A stretch of 64,000 nucleotides of DNA from Phoronis australis (GCA_002633005.1 NMRA01000192.1:657140-721139); one strand, 5' to 3'. Positions 40,101 to 50,462 are shown, numbered from the stretch's first letter. The notes: generated by a model not told the origin, from the letters alone. Made by a program: numbers and translations.

Positions 40101-42929
40101 TAGTCGTTTCCATCGTGTTATTTCCCTCGCCTACAGGTGTCGTAGTAGTTGAGCTTACCTCACTCTCATTTGAAGAGGCAGTGGTTTGTGTGGTTGTTGG
40201 TTGTGCGGTCATGTTGCTATGTGTAACATCTGTCTGTACGCTGGTTGTGCTGACTTCCGTCACATTTGCCTGGGATCCGGTTACGTTTGACGATGACACA
40301 GTAGAGGCTTCAGTAGTATTTCCTTCGACGATGCTCTCGGTAGTCGTCACACTACCTGTGTTGTTTGCCTGGGTTGTATTTAGTGTACTTGTAGCAGTTG
40401 TACTCTCCTCAATCACGCTGGAGGATGTGCTAGCTTGAATTGCTGACGTCGCTTCCTGTGAAATTGAGGAAGTAGTTGTCTCGGTCAGCCTAGTTGGTTC
40501 AACACCTGTGCTTGTCCCATTAGCTTCAACAGTGGATAAAGATGAAGCAATGGTAGTTTCGGAGTCTTTCGAAGATGATACATTAATTTGACTGGTTGTC
40601 TGCGTTTGGCTTGTTGATGTGTATATTTCTGAAGTAAACGAGGATTGTATACCTTCTGTACTACTGGCTGAACCTGTAGCTGACGTCACTTCAGAGGATG
40701 ACGTTTTACTTCCGGTGGTTGCAGTGGTCTGAACGCTTGCTGAAGAGGTTATAATAGTTGAATTCACTGCCATGCTTGTTGCATTTGCCCCTGTCGATGT
40801 TTCTGCTGTCCCTGTGGTGGAAGTTGCATCTACTCCTGCTGTTGTTCCTGTTACCCCTGTGGTTGTAGTTGCATTCACCACTGTTGTCGTTTCTGTTACC
40901 CCTGTTGTAGAAGTAGCATTTACTCCCGCTGTTGTTTGTGTTACCCCTGTGGTTGCAGTTGTATTTACCACTGTTGTCGTTTCTGTTGCCCCTGTTGTAG
41001 AAGTTGCATTTACTCCCGCTGTTGTTTGTGTTACCCCTGTGGTTGCAGTTGTATTTACCACTGTTGTCGTTTCTGTTGCCCCTGTTGTAGAAGTTGCATT
41101 TACTCCCGCTGTTGTTTGTGTTACCCCTGTGGTTGCAGTTGTATTTACCACTGTTGTCGTTTCTGTTGCCCCTGTTGTAGAAGTTGCATTTACTCCCGCT
41201 GTTGTTTGTGTTACCCCTGTGCTTGCAGTTGCATTTACCACTGTTGTCGTTTCTGTTGCCCCTGTTGTAGAAGTTGCATTTACTCCCGCTGTTGATTGTG
41301 TTACCCCTGTGGTTGTAGTTGCATTTACCACTGTTGTCGTTTCTGTTACCCCTGTTGTAGAAGTTGCATTTACTCCCGCTGTTGTTTGTGTTGCCTCTGT
41401 GGTTGCAGTTGTATTTACGTCAGCTCCTGTTGTTGTTGCTGTTACAACTACTGTCGTATCTGCCGTTGATGTTGTATTTGTTCCTGTTGCTGCCGTTGTC
41501 GTTGATGCTGATGACAGTGTTGTTGTTGATGTCACAGCTGCTGTCAAATAAATCACAAAACTGTTAAACGGACGTGTACGACATTAATATCATTATAGAA
41601 TCAGTATGGTTTTCTGGGTTCAAGCCTCGAGGTTTGTCTCGTAAAAAGTTGTTAAAGCGTAAGTCGGAATAGTTTTACGCTCCCAGCTCGCTTTGGCTGC
41701 AAACAGTTACTGCACTATCCGTGTAGTGTACTTATGAACAGGTAACAGTTAAGCAATAATATATACAAGTTATCGCCTAAAGTGAGGACAAACATCCGCC
41801 TAAAGTGAGAGCGAGTCCTTACAAAAATGAACTTAAGTTATGATAAACTTAAGTTCCAGAAACTTAAGCTTAAGTTTTAGAGCTTAAGTTTTTGAAAACT
41901 TAAGTATTTTGCAAAAAAACTTAAGCTTTCGTGAATGAAAACTTAAGATTTTTTAGACCAAAAACTTAAGTTTTTCGATGAATACTTAAGTTCATTTTGT
42001 AAGGAAGTGTCCGCCGAAAGCGACGCTATTGGACGACAGTGTGCTCCTGCTTCAATACCAACGTGGCGGCCGCGAAAGGATTTCTCAGCAAATCAGTGTT
42101 CGAACTGTCGCTTTTGTTGAGGGACAAGTTTTTGCAACTCGAACATATAAAATATCGATAATCCTAAGAAATTAAACCACTCGTGTGACTGTTTCGGTGA
42201 TGAAAGAAAACAAAAAAATTGCCCCTATCATCAATACAAAGCATTTATTCAAACAATTTATTTCTGTGCCAAAATTACCTCAAATACCCCATGCATATCA
42301 TGGTGTACTTCCAACGTGTACTGCTTGGAATTACTGTTGTTCCTCTTGGTAAGTATCCTAAAGTTACGTCGGACGTCACTGTGAATTTCTAAGGAAACTA
42401 GTTATCGAGAGTGACCTGTCGCGTATGCTCGCGAGCGCTTTTGTAAAAGGTGTTCAAGAAACAGGGAGTCGCGGCGCTCACAGCTTAAATAATGTTACTG
42501 AAAACTGACAGAGTTGTGACGAATGTTGATACTGATTTTTAAATCGGAAGCATTCATTTGCGTGGTGTAATATTTTCTACGCGCCGACAGGCTGCTGCCT
42601 TTCGAATTCAGGCGAGCAGTCGCAGGTAACTAACGTTGGCCGTTGACTGAAAAGCGTAATTTACGAGCTTACTTCACGAGCGTAGTGTAATTTACTAGCG
42701 TAATTTACGAGCGACATATACCCCTCAGCGGCCAACCATAGCAATTAGTCTGGATAGGTACTGGAACTTCTAACTAATGCAGATGGGGTTGAGGCTTTCT
42801 CGTAACACCTGATACGGAGAATGAATGCTTTAATGGGATGAATGGAAGTCACTTACCAACAGTCACTGCATAAACCAGTAACAGGCGAACCAACATGGCC
42901 GTAGTTTGGCTCCGCCTTAGTGGCCACAT
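20535..42929 (-). CDS. MUC4-like: MUC4-like transmembrane mucin (SP-PTS-NIDO-AMOP-VWD-EGFn-TM), 27 coding exons, ~1865 aa
   Basis: Hand-spliced exons: 42929-42857, 41540-40008, 39303-39155, 38218-37924, 36931-36780, 36329-36236, 35939-35772, 35260-35104, 34146-34002, 32535-32409, 32191-32048, 31564-31311, 31018-30853, 30672-30406, 29991-29774, 29467-29364, 28930-28728, 28349-28227, 27383-27264, 26906-26784, 26146-26024, 25498-25376, 25161-25058, 24074-23977, 23528-23338, 21746-21551, 20682-20535. All introns are GT-AG with consistent phases; the sum is 5598 nt with no internal stop. Recognisable motifs for NIDO ([21 protein letters not shown]), AMOP ([15 protein letters not shown]), VWD ([38 protein letters not shown]) and cbEGF (DVDEC/DINEC). 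Confidence 0.9.
21551..21746 (-). CDS. Mucin exon 26, Thr-rich stalk and transmembrane helix ([24 protein letters not shown])
   Basis: About 23 hydrophobic residues followed by K; GTAAGT donor. Confidence 0.9.
22771..22890 (+). repeat. Perfect 30-bp tandem repeat x4 (intronic)
   Basis: attttgagaactggccataccttaattact occurs four times in tandem. Confidence 0.95.
23338..23528 (-). CDS. Mucin exon 25 ([13 protein letters not shown]...[34 protein letters not shown])
   Basis: tttttag / GTAGGT; open frame; phase 2-1. Confidence 0.8.
23977..24074 (-). CDS. Mucin exon 24 ([33 protein letters not shown])
   Basis: ttgtag / GTAAGT; phase 0-2 bridges exons 23 and 25. Confidence 0.75.
25058..25161 (-). 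CDS. Mucin exon 23, linker / membrane-proximal module start
   Basis: tatttcag / GTAAGT; phase 1-0; [35 protein letters not shown]. Confidence 0.75.
25376..25498 (-). CDS. Mucin exon 22, cbEGF ([12 protein letters not shown]...GSFTCPC)
   Basis: cbEGF consensus; tttgtag / GTAAGT. Confidence 0.95.
26024..26146 (-). CDS. Mucin exon 21, cbEGF ([27 protein letters not shown])
   Basis: cbEGF consensus; phase 1-1. Confidence 0.95.
26784..26906 (-). CDS. Mucin exon 20, EGF-like ([14 protein letters not shown]...CGCKAGY)
   Basis: Six-cysteine EGF pattern; phase 1-1. Confidence 0.9.
27264..27383 (-). CDS. Mucin exon 19, cbEGF ([26 protein letters not shown])
   Basis: cbEGF consensus; ttttcag / GTGAGT. 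Confidence 0.95.
27926..27965. repeat. Perfect 19-bp inverted repeat with a 2-nt spacer
   Basis: tttaagtgcacacaatctt-tt-aagattgtgtgcacttaaa. Confidence 0.9.
28227..28349 (-). CDS. Mucin exon 18, calcium-binding EGF ([12 protein letters not shown]...)
   Basis: cbEGF consensus; 123-nt phase 1-1 exon. Confidence 0.95.
28728..28930 (-). CDS. Mucin exon 17, EGF-like ([19 protein letters not shown]...CGDCPSG)
   Basis: CxCxxGYTGxxC motif; GTATGT donor. Confidence 0.9.
29364..29467 (-). CDS. Mucin exon 16 ([26 protein letters not shown]...), start of the first EGF-like unit
   Basis: tttcag / GTAATA; phase 0-2 matches exon 17. Confidence 0.8.
29774..29991 (-). CDS. Mucin exon 15, cadherin/Ig-like beta-sandwich (NFAPNITGP...TAYDQNND)
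   Basis: NxxP and AxDxxxD motifs; ttacag / GTAAGT. Confidence 0.85.
30406..30672 (-). CDS. Mucin exon 14, post-VWD cysteine module ([21 protein letters not shown])
   Basis: C-x4/5-CLFD-xxxTG motif typical of MUC4/SUSD2. Confidence 0.9.
30853..31018 (-). CDS. Mucin exon 13, VWD end ([21 protein letters not shown]...[10 protein letters not shown])
   Basis: Canonical GLLGxxNGxxxDDF...FGxxW motif; the W codon is completed across a phase-1 intron. Confidence 0.95.
31311..31564 (-). CDS. Mucin exon 12, VWD middle
   Basis: ORF 31299..31598 (ASAFIAVAV...); ccttgaag / GTAAGT. Confidence 0.85.
32048..32191 (-). CDS. Mucin exon 11, VWD start with GDPH
   Basis: [26 protein letters not shown]. Confidence 0.95.
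32409..32535 (-). CDS. Mucin exon 10, AMOP end (DYCC...[20 protein letters not shown])
   Basis: CC...C..FY..RP.....Y.PP motif that precedes VWD in MUC4/SUSD2-type proteins. Confidence 0.9.
34002..34146 (-). CDS. Mucin exon 9, AMOP ([15 protein letters not shown])
   Basis: CCY motif of AMOP; ttttacag / GTAAGT; phase 2-0. Confidence 0.85.
35104..35260 (-). CDS. Mucin exon 8, NIDO end / AMOP start (GEYMIRMD...[14 protein letters not shown])
   Basis: GxWxFRxD-like NIDO end followed by a CPCxxxQAxxDxGRF-like AMOP motif. Confidence 0.85.
35531..35627 (-). mobile_element. tRNA-derived SINE head (5' fragment) in mucin intron 7
   Basis: Minus strand GGAGGCAGTGTGGCCTGGTTGATTAA (A box) ... GGTTCAGGTCCC (B-box-like) ... 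CCCTTGAGC (CORE-like start); no complete tRNA cloverleaf. Confidence 0.65.
35772..35939 (-). CDS. Mucin exon 7, NIDO C-terminal part
   Basis: ORF 35728..35940; ctctag / GTAATT; phase 1-1. Confidence 0.8.
36236..36329 (-). CDS. Mucin exon 6, NIDO core ([21 protein letters not shown])
   Basis: Matches the NxFQxVLxTDGxxSFxxFNY consensus; tttacag / GTAAG. Confidence 0.9.
36780..36931 (-). CDS. Mucin exon 5, NIDO ([16 protein letters not shown]...)
   Basis: Classic [14 protein letters not shown] motif; GTAAGT donor. Confidence 0.9.
37096..37146 (+). repeat. (GT)n microsatellite
   Basis: About 25 uninterrupted GT units. Confidence 0.95.
37924..38218 (-). CDS. Mucin exon 4, NIDO N-terminal part ([10 protein letters not shown]...[12 protein letters not shown])
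   Basis: IISPF..YAD resembles the IAPFWAD motif of NIDO-region proteins; tttcag / GTAAGG. Confidence 0.85.
39155..39303 (-). CDS. Mucin exon 3 ([50 protein letters not shown]), pre-NIDO region
   Basis: tttccag acceptor, GTAAGT donor; phase 1-0 fits its neighbours. Confidence 0.8.
40008..41540 (-). CDS. Mucin exon 2: 511-codon Thr/Ser-rich (PTS) domain with tandem repeats
   Basis: Lies within ORF 39970..41556; acceptor tttgacag, donor GTATTC; phase 1-1. Confidence 0.9.
40790..41420 (-). repeat. Coding tandem repeat, 90-bp unit made of two 45-bp halves (30 aa [30 protein letters not shown])
   Basis: About 7 units directly visible in both DNA and protein. Confidence 0.95.
41817..42004. mobile_element. 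MITE-like element with ~21-bp TIRs and 10 internal CTTAAG palindromes
   Basis: ccttacaaaaatgaacttaagt ... acttaagttcattttgtaagg. Confidence 0.75.
42857..42929 (-). CDS. Mucin coding exon 1: signal peptide [24 protein letters not shown]
   Basis: Acceptor tatttcag lies just before the ATG. Hydrophobic core, then a GTAAGT donor in phase 1 matching exon 2. A second in-frame ATG (MLVRLLL) is an alternative start. Confidence 0.75.
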
Positions 42930-43295
42930 TCTGAAATACAAGCACGCATTATGACAACGCTACGCCCAGGTATGACATGCGTGTTAACACTTAAATAGTT
43001 TTTTTTTATTTAGTTCACTTACTGTTTGTTGTGAAATTGGTTTCAAATTTTTGCTCACTCAAACGAGAGGGGGTTTCTCGCTGGTAAGAACGGGAAGCTC
43101 TCTATAGTCCCTGACTGGGCTCGGGAACATGTCTTGACACGGCGGGTAAATTTGAACATCGCGAACAAAGTTTGATTAAGAAGACATCTTGCGTATCAGT
43201 GTGATAACGGCGATTCCCGTTGATGCTGCAAAAGTTTATGAGAAGTTTATTGGGATCCCAGCTTTATAAGGGATATTCCAACTATCCTCGTTTAA

Positions 43296-43544
43296 GATTA
43301 TCTAGGACCTTATTAAACGACCTCAATTCTAAGTCAAACATCGAAAAACCTACGATTTGTAAACCATTAAAAGTGTATATTTTCTTTGTCATGTGACAAT
43401 AGTAAGACACAGTAGTAAGAAACATAGTTTTAGATTTCTCGATTTTTCTCCTTCCAGAAAATATATACTTTTAATGGTTGATAAAGCATTGCTTTTTCGA
43501 TATTTGACATAGACTGAGCTCGTTTGTTAAGGTCTTAGATAACC
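43296..43544. mobile_element. TTAA-flanked foldback MITE (Kolobok/piggyBac-type target site)
   Basis: About 90-bp imperfect inverted arms (gattatctaggacctt...aagtgtatattttct / agaaaatatatactt...aaggtcttagataacc) with TTAA on both sides. Confidence 0.7.
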
Positions 43545-44136
43545 TTAAAGCGACCACCAAACAGCTTTTCATCACAAAAAAACAACTTTTCATTTATTCA
43601 ACTTGCCTTTATGGACTGGGTCTCAAATTGTTTCTTAGTGAGGTTAGAGATAAATTTTGGGATTGGACAGAACAAACAGTTCGTTAATGCTTGAGACTAT
43701 GCCCTACAAGTTGGAGGGTCACGGCGGGTCATTTTGTGAGCCGAGCATAATTTGGACTGAGGAAAAAGGAACTGATTTGAGTAAGGAAAATCATGAGACC
43801 TCTAGCGGTAAGTTGTCTAAATTAAAATGTCGCACTTCGGACTGGCCTCGGGTTTATGGACGATGGGTTTGGACGATAGTGTCAAATACAACTGTTTAAT
43901 AAAGTCCAGGTGCCTTCAGTTGTATCGATTTTCTTTCGGTAGCATTTGTGCATAACGTTTTCATAACTACCATGCCCTCATCAGCTCTCAGATCTTGCTT
44001 CATAACATTAAATCCCTTCCTCTTTTCTTACTGAAATTAAGACCGGTTATAGGAGGAAAGTTGACACAGTTGCAGTGGTAAAAGTTTCCCAAATGAAGAT
44101 AAATATGTACATGTATAATACAGACAGTCTTATTCT

Positions 44137-44570
44137 TCCCAAGGCAGAGACACAAAATACAGTGTTACTTGTCCAAGGGCAGAGACACAAAATACAGTGC
44201 ATTTATCACTGGACAGACACAAAGAACAATGTATTTGTCCCAGGAGAGATACAGAATGCATTTACTGGTCCCAAGGCAGCGACACAGAGTACAATGTATT
44301 TATCACAGCTCAGAGACAAATAACATACATCAATTGAACATGAACTTTTATATTTGTGCGGCGATCGTCCGGTTTTTGATCCTATTGTGGCCAAAAGCTG
44401 ATTTAAATAACATAATGTATTTGTCCCAGAAGAGATGTAGAATACGTACAGCGTGCTTGTTCCAGGGCAGAGACACAATGTATATCTCCTACTAAAACTA
44501 TAGAATGCCATAGTAACACTACTGCTCGCCCGAGGACCGAGGCACAGAATACATCACCAACTGAGGCAAG
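44137..44570 (+). repeat. Degenerate ~35-bp minisatellite
   Basis: Recurring cccaaggcagagacacaaaatacaNtgtatttgt variants. Confidence 0.7.
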
Positions 44571-44689
44571 TATCGTGTTCTAAGGGATGAGAACACACGA
44601 CAGTTCTTAGCAGTGATGTCGAAAAAGAAAACACCAGAGAGAATTAAATTCTAAGCCTGGCTGGCAGATGGCACATGTTGTATATATAG

Positions 44690-44691
<2 letters not shown>

Positions 44692-44739
<48 letters not shown>
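44692..44739 (+). repeat. (AC)n microsatellite
   Basis: 24 AC units. Confidence 0.95.
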
Positions 44740-44741
<2 letters not shown>

Positions 44742-46290
44742 AATCTGTCTAGGATCTGTCAGGCTTCAGTGAAGATGTACTTGACTTTTCTTTATTACTT
44801 AGATGAACCGATATAGAGGTTCGGAAATGCAATGTACTCTTACCAAGACATAGCCGCCTATTGCAGTCCTTGGCAACTTCTTAAAATGTTTGAAGGCCTA
44901 CATTTCTGTATTTAGACATAACAACTTTCTTGTCGTAGGAATCCGATAGCGGCAATGACATAGGAAACGTGTAAATGAATATAGATTCACGATCTGTCAA
45001 GTCAACCGTGAGTTTTGACTTCCTATTGTACGTACCGTTTTTAACTGTCTTCAAATTACATGTCGCTGATTTACGAGTGCTCGATTATAGTTGAGTTACG
45101 CCTAGCCGAGCAACAAAATGTGTTTTTGACTAGTCACTAGGTCAGCGTTACTTGTAAAGCACACTCGCAAAATGTAATGAAATGAAAAAGGCTCTTTGTT
45201 ATTTCATTCCGCGGATTGATAGACATTTACAATGATATCGACACAATGAATCAAATCTGCTTTTCAAATTCTAAACAATCCCTGGACCACTGTTCACTTT
45301 GTTTATCGTCTAAGGCTATGAAAGCATAACTCGAGGCCCAATGCTTACAAAACAGAAAAAAACAATAGAAAATAAGCAATTGGTGTTATCCATATCTTTG
45401 AAAGTCGTGTCAGTGATTGCCACGAATGATTATGTTCAGAGGATCATTTTACTTTCGTCCTAATCCTAGCAGTCATTATCTCTGTTTTGATACTGGGCAC
45501 GTGGACAAAAGCTGTATTCATATCAATAGGTTGTCTCATAGGTCGGTACAATATACTATTGTCACTGAAAAATGTGTTAGGTGAAAAGTCTTAAAACGAC
45601 CCTTTTGTATTCATAATATTTTGAGAAGTTCCTATGGAGTGTCGCCAAAATACTGTCTCATGTTGTTTCCGTATCTCCTAGTTTACTACTACGAATTCCT
45701 CCTGGCGTTTGCTTTTTGCGCCGTAACGTCTGTTATTTATATATTTCCATTCTAATACAGAGGAGTGAAAATTATACAAATATGATTGGACGATCAACAA
45801 ACTTTATCATCCATAAATTCCATAACTTCAACTACATGTAAAAATGCGTGCCAAAGATAGTTGGGGATTATGTCTCTTCAGACGAATATTCGTCAAATTA
45901 CTTAACCTGGAAGGAACGTGTTCAAAGTCCAAGCATTTCTGACAAATATTTGAACTGGGTAAACAAGAATAACCTGTTTAAAATAACGGTGAATCTTGTT
46001 TACCACATTTTACTTATTTGCAAATGTCTTAAATTCTGTCAGCTTTAACCCCTACAAAGTATATTTCAAAAATCTGAGAGGCGGTTCCCTCAAAAATGCC
46101 AGCAGACCAATATGATTGGAGGAACACTATTTTGAAAATATCTGTTCTAAGTCCAAAAATGCTTTTATTAAAAAAGCATTTTTCGTGAAAAAATACGCAC
46201 AAGTAAATACAAATGAGAAATTTTATTAGGAAATTTATTCACCTTTCAGTCAGTTTCTGTCATGTGGTTGTAACCACGTGCCATCTGATA

Positions 46291-46530
46291 CATGCCCGCA
46301 CCCAGGGAGCTCGGGTGGCCTCGAACGACCCCCCCCCATTTGGCGAAGTGGGCAAAAAGGTCCGCCTCGGAAAAACAAAAACTTCGAAAAAGTAAAAACG
46401 AGACAAAAGTCTACCAAAAAGGCAGGAATTCGGCGAATGCGCAATTCATAGCTCTGAACTTACCCCGTTTTTTATTTCTTTTAATAAAAGGTACACATTC
46501 TCAAAAGTTTGAGTCCCCCTATTTTTAGTT
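46291..46530 (+). mobile_element. hAT-like MITE family B, copy 1
   Basis: Starts catgcccgcacccag; shares ccccccatttggcga.gtg.gcaaaaaggtccgcctcgga with 56496-56751. Confidence 0.6.
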
Positions 46531-49500
46531 TCCCTTAGATTTGTTCGCGAAGTATTTTATCGGATAATGCCTGCGTTAAAAATTGGGATTTTTATATTAA
46601 ACTGTTTACACTTTATGAACTCGCTATATTTTTTTTCAAATAAATAAAGGTCAGCCTTGTTATTGAAGCGAGATATTTTGTTGCCATAGAAATAAACTAC
46701 AGTAAGAACTTAATAACTCTAATTTATTTTTATAATCTTTTTCGTTCACCGCAGCCCTACGTACCTCTGCTCTGCTTCACTGGTCACTCTAAATTTTACT
46801 TCTTAGGGACGCTCTTTTCTTTTGATCTTATCACCACTTAGCCGTAGGTGACTTCTAAACCGACTGCGTGAGTGGCGACTTTACGAGGCTATTTGTGATA
46901 TTTTGGCGCCGCTCATAACGTTTATGTATTTCCTGAATAGGGTAAAAGCTGGTGAAAAAATGTTTGTTTTCGTTGTCACGTGGTTAGTTTTGTATGCTTT
47001 TGACACACCTTCCGCCTTCGCATTAGATTGAGCCAGGGATTGGTGCTTGATTTCAGAACGACTCGCAAACCGTTGCTTGTGTGAACATTCACGTGTATTC
47101 TGTCGCGAAAGCTCATTGGCGGCAGTACTCCTCGCAGCAACGGTGAATAGACTTCGTTGATTGCAAGCAGACGTGCATGCAATCAATTGGTGTTGATCGA
47201 AAAACATTGTTTGACAGGTTACTACGTTGTCTAACACAGCTCACCTACAGTAAACTGTCTTTGTTCACTTGATTACATGTACGGTCATAGCCTACGGCTG
47301 GTGCATCTTGTCGAGTCAAATGTTGTCATTTGTCTACTCTATTGTTTCAATATAATTATTTTTTATGTAGTTCATTATTTGTAGGTGAATTTTAGAAAAA
47401 ATGGTAATACCGTTACGTACTAAAGTAAATTAATGCTCATAGTAATGGTTGTTATCTTCAAGATTTTATGGTGGTCTTAGCATGTGCCTGGAAAGACACT
47501 GCTTTTTGTCATGTATTTGTGCTATTTAAACGATACATTAATAAAGTTTCTTTACCTTTATGTTATTTTTAAATTCTTGTCATTGAGATTCCTTTAAAAG
47601 CAGTCTACTCATAGCATCGTTTATGACCCAGTTATAGTGAGTACATTTAGCAGTTACCATGACACGTCGTCAAAATAATTGCCAATAAATCTTAAATAAA
47701 TGTCACGTGTTATATGTCTAATTGATTGTTTCATTAAGATTATTTAATGTAGTTTATTATTCGTAGGTTTTTAGTTTGAAATGTACATGTACATAATATA
47801 GCTCGTATAAATGTACTTTACCACCGAACTTTACTAATTCGTATGTCTTAATCAAGAAAATTAAGTATTTTTAAAACAAGGAAGCCTGCCGCCACATTCT
47901 ACGACACCTTTCATATTCTTGTCATGGGCACTCCTTTAAAACCATTCAACTCATGGCTCTGTTTACCCAGTTATAGTGAAAACATCTAGCAGTTGCTATG
48001 ACACGTCGTCAAAATAACTGTCAATTATAAATCTTGAGGAAATGTCCCGTGATTGTTAACCGTTAACCGTTTATACGTTTCGGTGTGTTATTTCACACCG
48101 CATTCGTAGCACTAATAATAGCAAAGGCTCGCTTTCTAGCTGGAAGTATGAAAAAACCGTTATTATGAACAAACAACAGGTCATTGTCAGGATCCTTGAA
48201 GAACGCTGTTTTCATCGTTGCAAACCAATATGCCAACAGTAAGGACAAATTTGCGCGCTTCTTGTAGGCTTTCATGTAATTCAATTTTCATTGCACTAGT
48301 CGTGTAAGGCGCTTCTGAGCGTGCTTAGGCACACGTTCACCACGCCTCTTAAGTGCTGGTGTTTCTTGTATTGATACATTCAAATCAAAGTTCATTTTAT
48401 TGGACGTACAGAGCGAGGCTACCCGTACACAGTTCAAATCTATACAGACCTTACTCTCGAACACAATTCCGCTTCTCACCATCACTGTCACCCGTCAGGT
48501 GTTTAGTGCCCTCTAATTTTAAACGAGGCGTCATTTTTTCTGTCGCAGCACTGAGCAATGAATATGTTTCTTAAATCTGGGCAACGTAACAAGAAATGTG
48601 TTTCTATCTCAACATCTTCTGCATTACAAATGTTACAAAATATCTCACTGCCTTTTTCAAATGATATTTAATGAGTTGAACATCGGTTGTGTGAAGTATC
48701 TGCTGATTTTTTCAGCAAGATCATACAAATGATTTTCACTGGGCAACTTAGACAAAATTCTCAGTAAAATACACCATGCTCTTATTTGTATATTCAACCA
48801 CATACAACCAGCCGTAGCTGTTCACTAACATCTCTCAGCCTTTGTTTGAATTCATAGAAAAATAATGTTTACCACCAACTCCCTAATTCACCTTTGCATG
48901 TCTGAAGTCAGTTCCATACAATTTATTCACACGTCGGTCAACCAGTGAGTTTATTTGACGGTGCAGCTGCCAAGGAAAATGTTAAAAATTGGCTACTTTG
49001 GAACACAATATCTCAGTAATAGCTGATCGAATTCGTGTTAAAATTTCACATACAATTACTATGCTTTGCGCACGATTCTACAAGCCGGTGTAATGAATTG
49101 TTTTCAAAACGTTCCATTTTTGAATGAAGGGTTATAAAAATAGGATTTCTGTGATTTTCTGAAAAAATTACATGGAATGGTCACTTACAGAACTGCAACG
49201 GCGTTTTGAGATTTCATTTTGAACATTCATATCAAACAAAATTTGGAAACAATATTGTTACCGTTGTTTCCCTATGAATGTCAAATTATTTCTAAAAGGC
49301 ATGACCACGTGACATATTAAAGGGAAATTTCAATGTAAAGTTGAAAACCAAGTTCTACAACTTTTATATTTTCTAAATTAAAATCTATAGTTTTGCAGAT
49401 ATTTGGCTGTGTACACAGATTTGTCGATACCATCCTACATATTTTATGACGGTAGAGATATAGTAAACGCCCAGGGCTTCGTGCTCTTTTTCAGACGTGG

Positions 49501-49681
49501 AAGGTACTAACAGGTGGCATGTGTTTTTTGTTGTTAGTATCCGCTGGGATTCCTTGTTCATTTCAATTCATCTTCGTATTTGCTCTTCTTAGGTATTTTA
49601 CATTCATAATACCTAGTGTTATATCTATAGCCAACGTGTATCGCTGATGAAAAGCGCACCGCTGAGAACGTTATGTTTTAT

Positions 49682-49982
49682 TAATACAACTATATTGTCT
49701 ACATCAATACTTCCATTTTAATACACCTATATTGTCTAGATCAATACTTCCATTTTGATACACCTATATTGTCTAGATGAATACTTCCATTTTAATACAC
49801 CTATATTGTCTAGATCAATACTTCCATTTTAATACACCTATATTGTCTAGATCAATACTTCCATTTTAATACTCCTATATTGTCTAGATCAATACTTCCA
49901 TATTAATACACCTATATTGTCTAGATCAATACTTCCATTTTGATACACCTATATTGTCTAGATCAATACTTCCATTTTGATA
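49682..49982 (+). repeat. 37-bp tandem repeat x8
   Basis: taatacacctatattgtctagatcaatacttccattt in near-identical tandem copies with no spacers. Confidence 0.95.
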
Positions 49983-50303
49983 TTTCAATGGCTAACACCA
50001 CATACGTGTTATTGTGCATTTTTATCAATATTTGTATTGTTTAACGACAAAACTGCGTTTCTGCTGGTCCTATTTGGCACAGAAAACGTCGGCACTTTTT
50101 TCCTATCAATAATAAATATTAACAAAAAAACACATTGCCATTGTCGTGACTAACTTGAGTGTCAGTTCCACTTTCGTTTTCATTTCCAGTAGCATGAACT
50201 GAAGGTCAATGTACTTGTCTGACTCTTGACTAAAAACTCAGAAGATGGATATTACAAATTCACACTTTATTCTACCATTTATAGTTGAAGACATACATGT
50301 GAT

Positions 50304-50462
50304 CAGAGGCAGATCCAGCATTTTGGGTTAGGAGGGGGCAGGGAAGATTATTAGCCAGGATTTTGCCCGTCAGATATTCGCACCCTCGAACTGCCAAATG
50401 GAATCTAAGAGAATTTTTAGGGGGCATGGCCCCCTTGGCACCCTCCCCAAAATCCGCCATTG
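50304..50462. mobile_element. hAT-like MITE family A, copy 2
   Basis: cagaggcagatcca...aaatccgccattg; shares attcgcaccctcgaactgccaaatg with the reverse complement of 13353-13507. Confidence 0.7.

Noticed and set aside
40073-41567. Long + strand ORFs (259-aa Val-rich; 119-aa Cys-rich, metallothionein/keratin-associated-like)
   Set aside because: These are antisense shadows of the Thr-codon repeats in mucin exon 2; the minus frame has splice sites and fits the gene.
49682-49982. 37-bp repeat array resembling CRISPR repeats in length
   Set aside because: The units are contiguous with no unique spacers, there are no cas genes, and the context is eukaryotic: a minisatellite.
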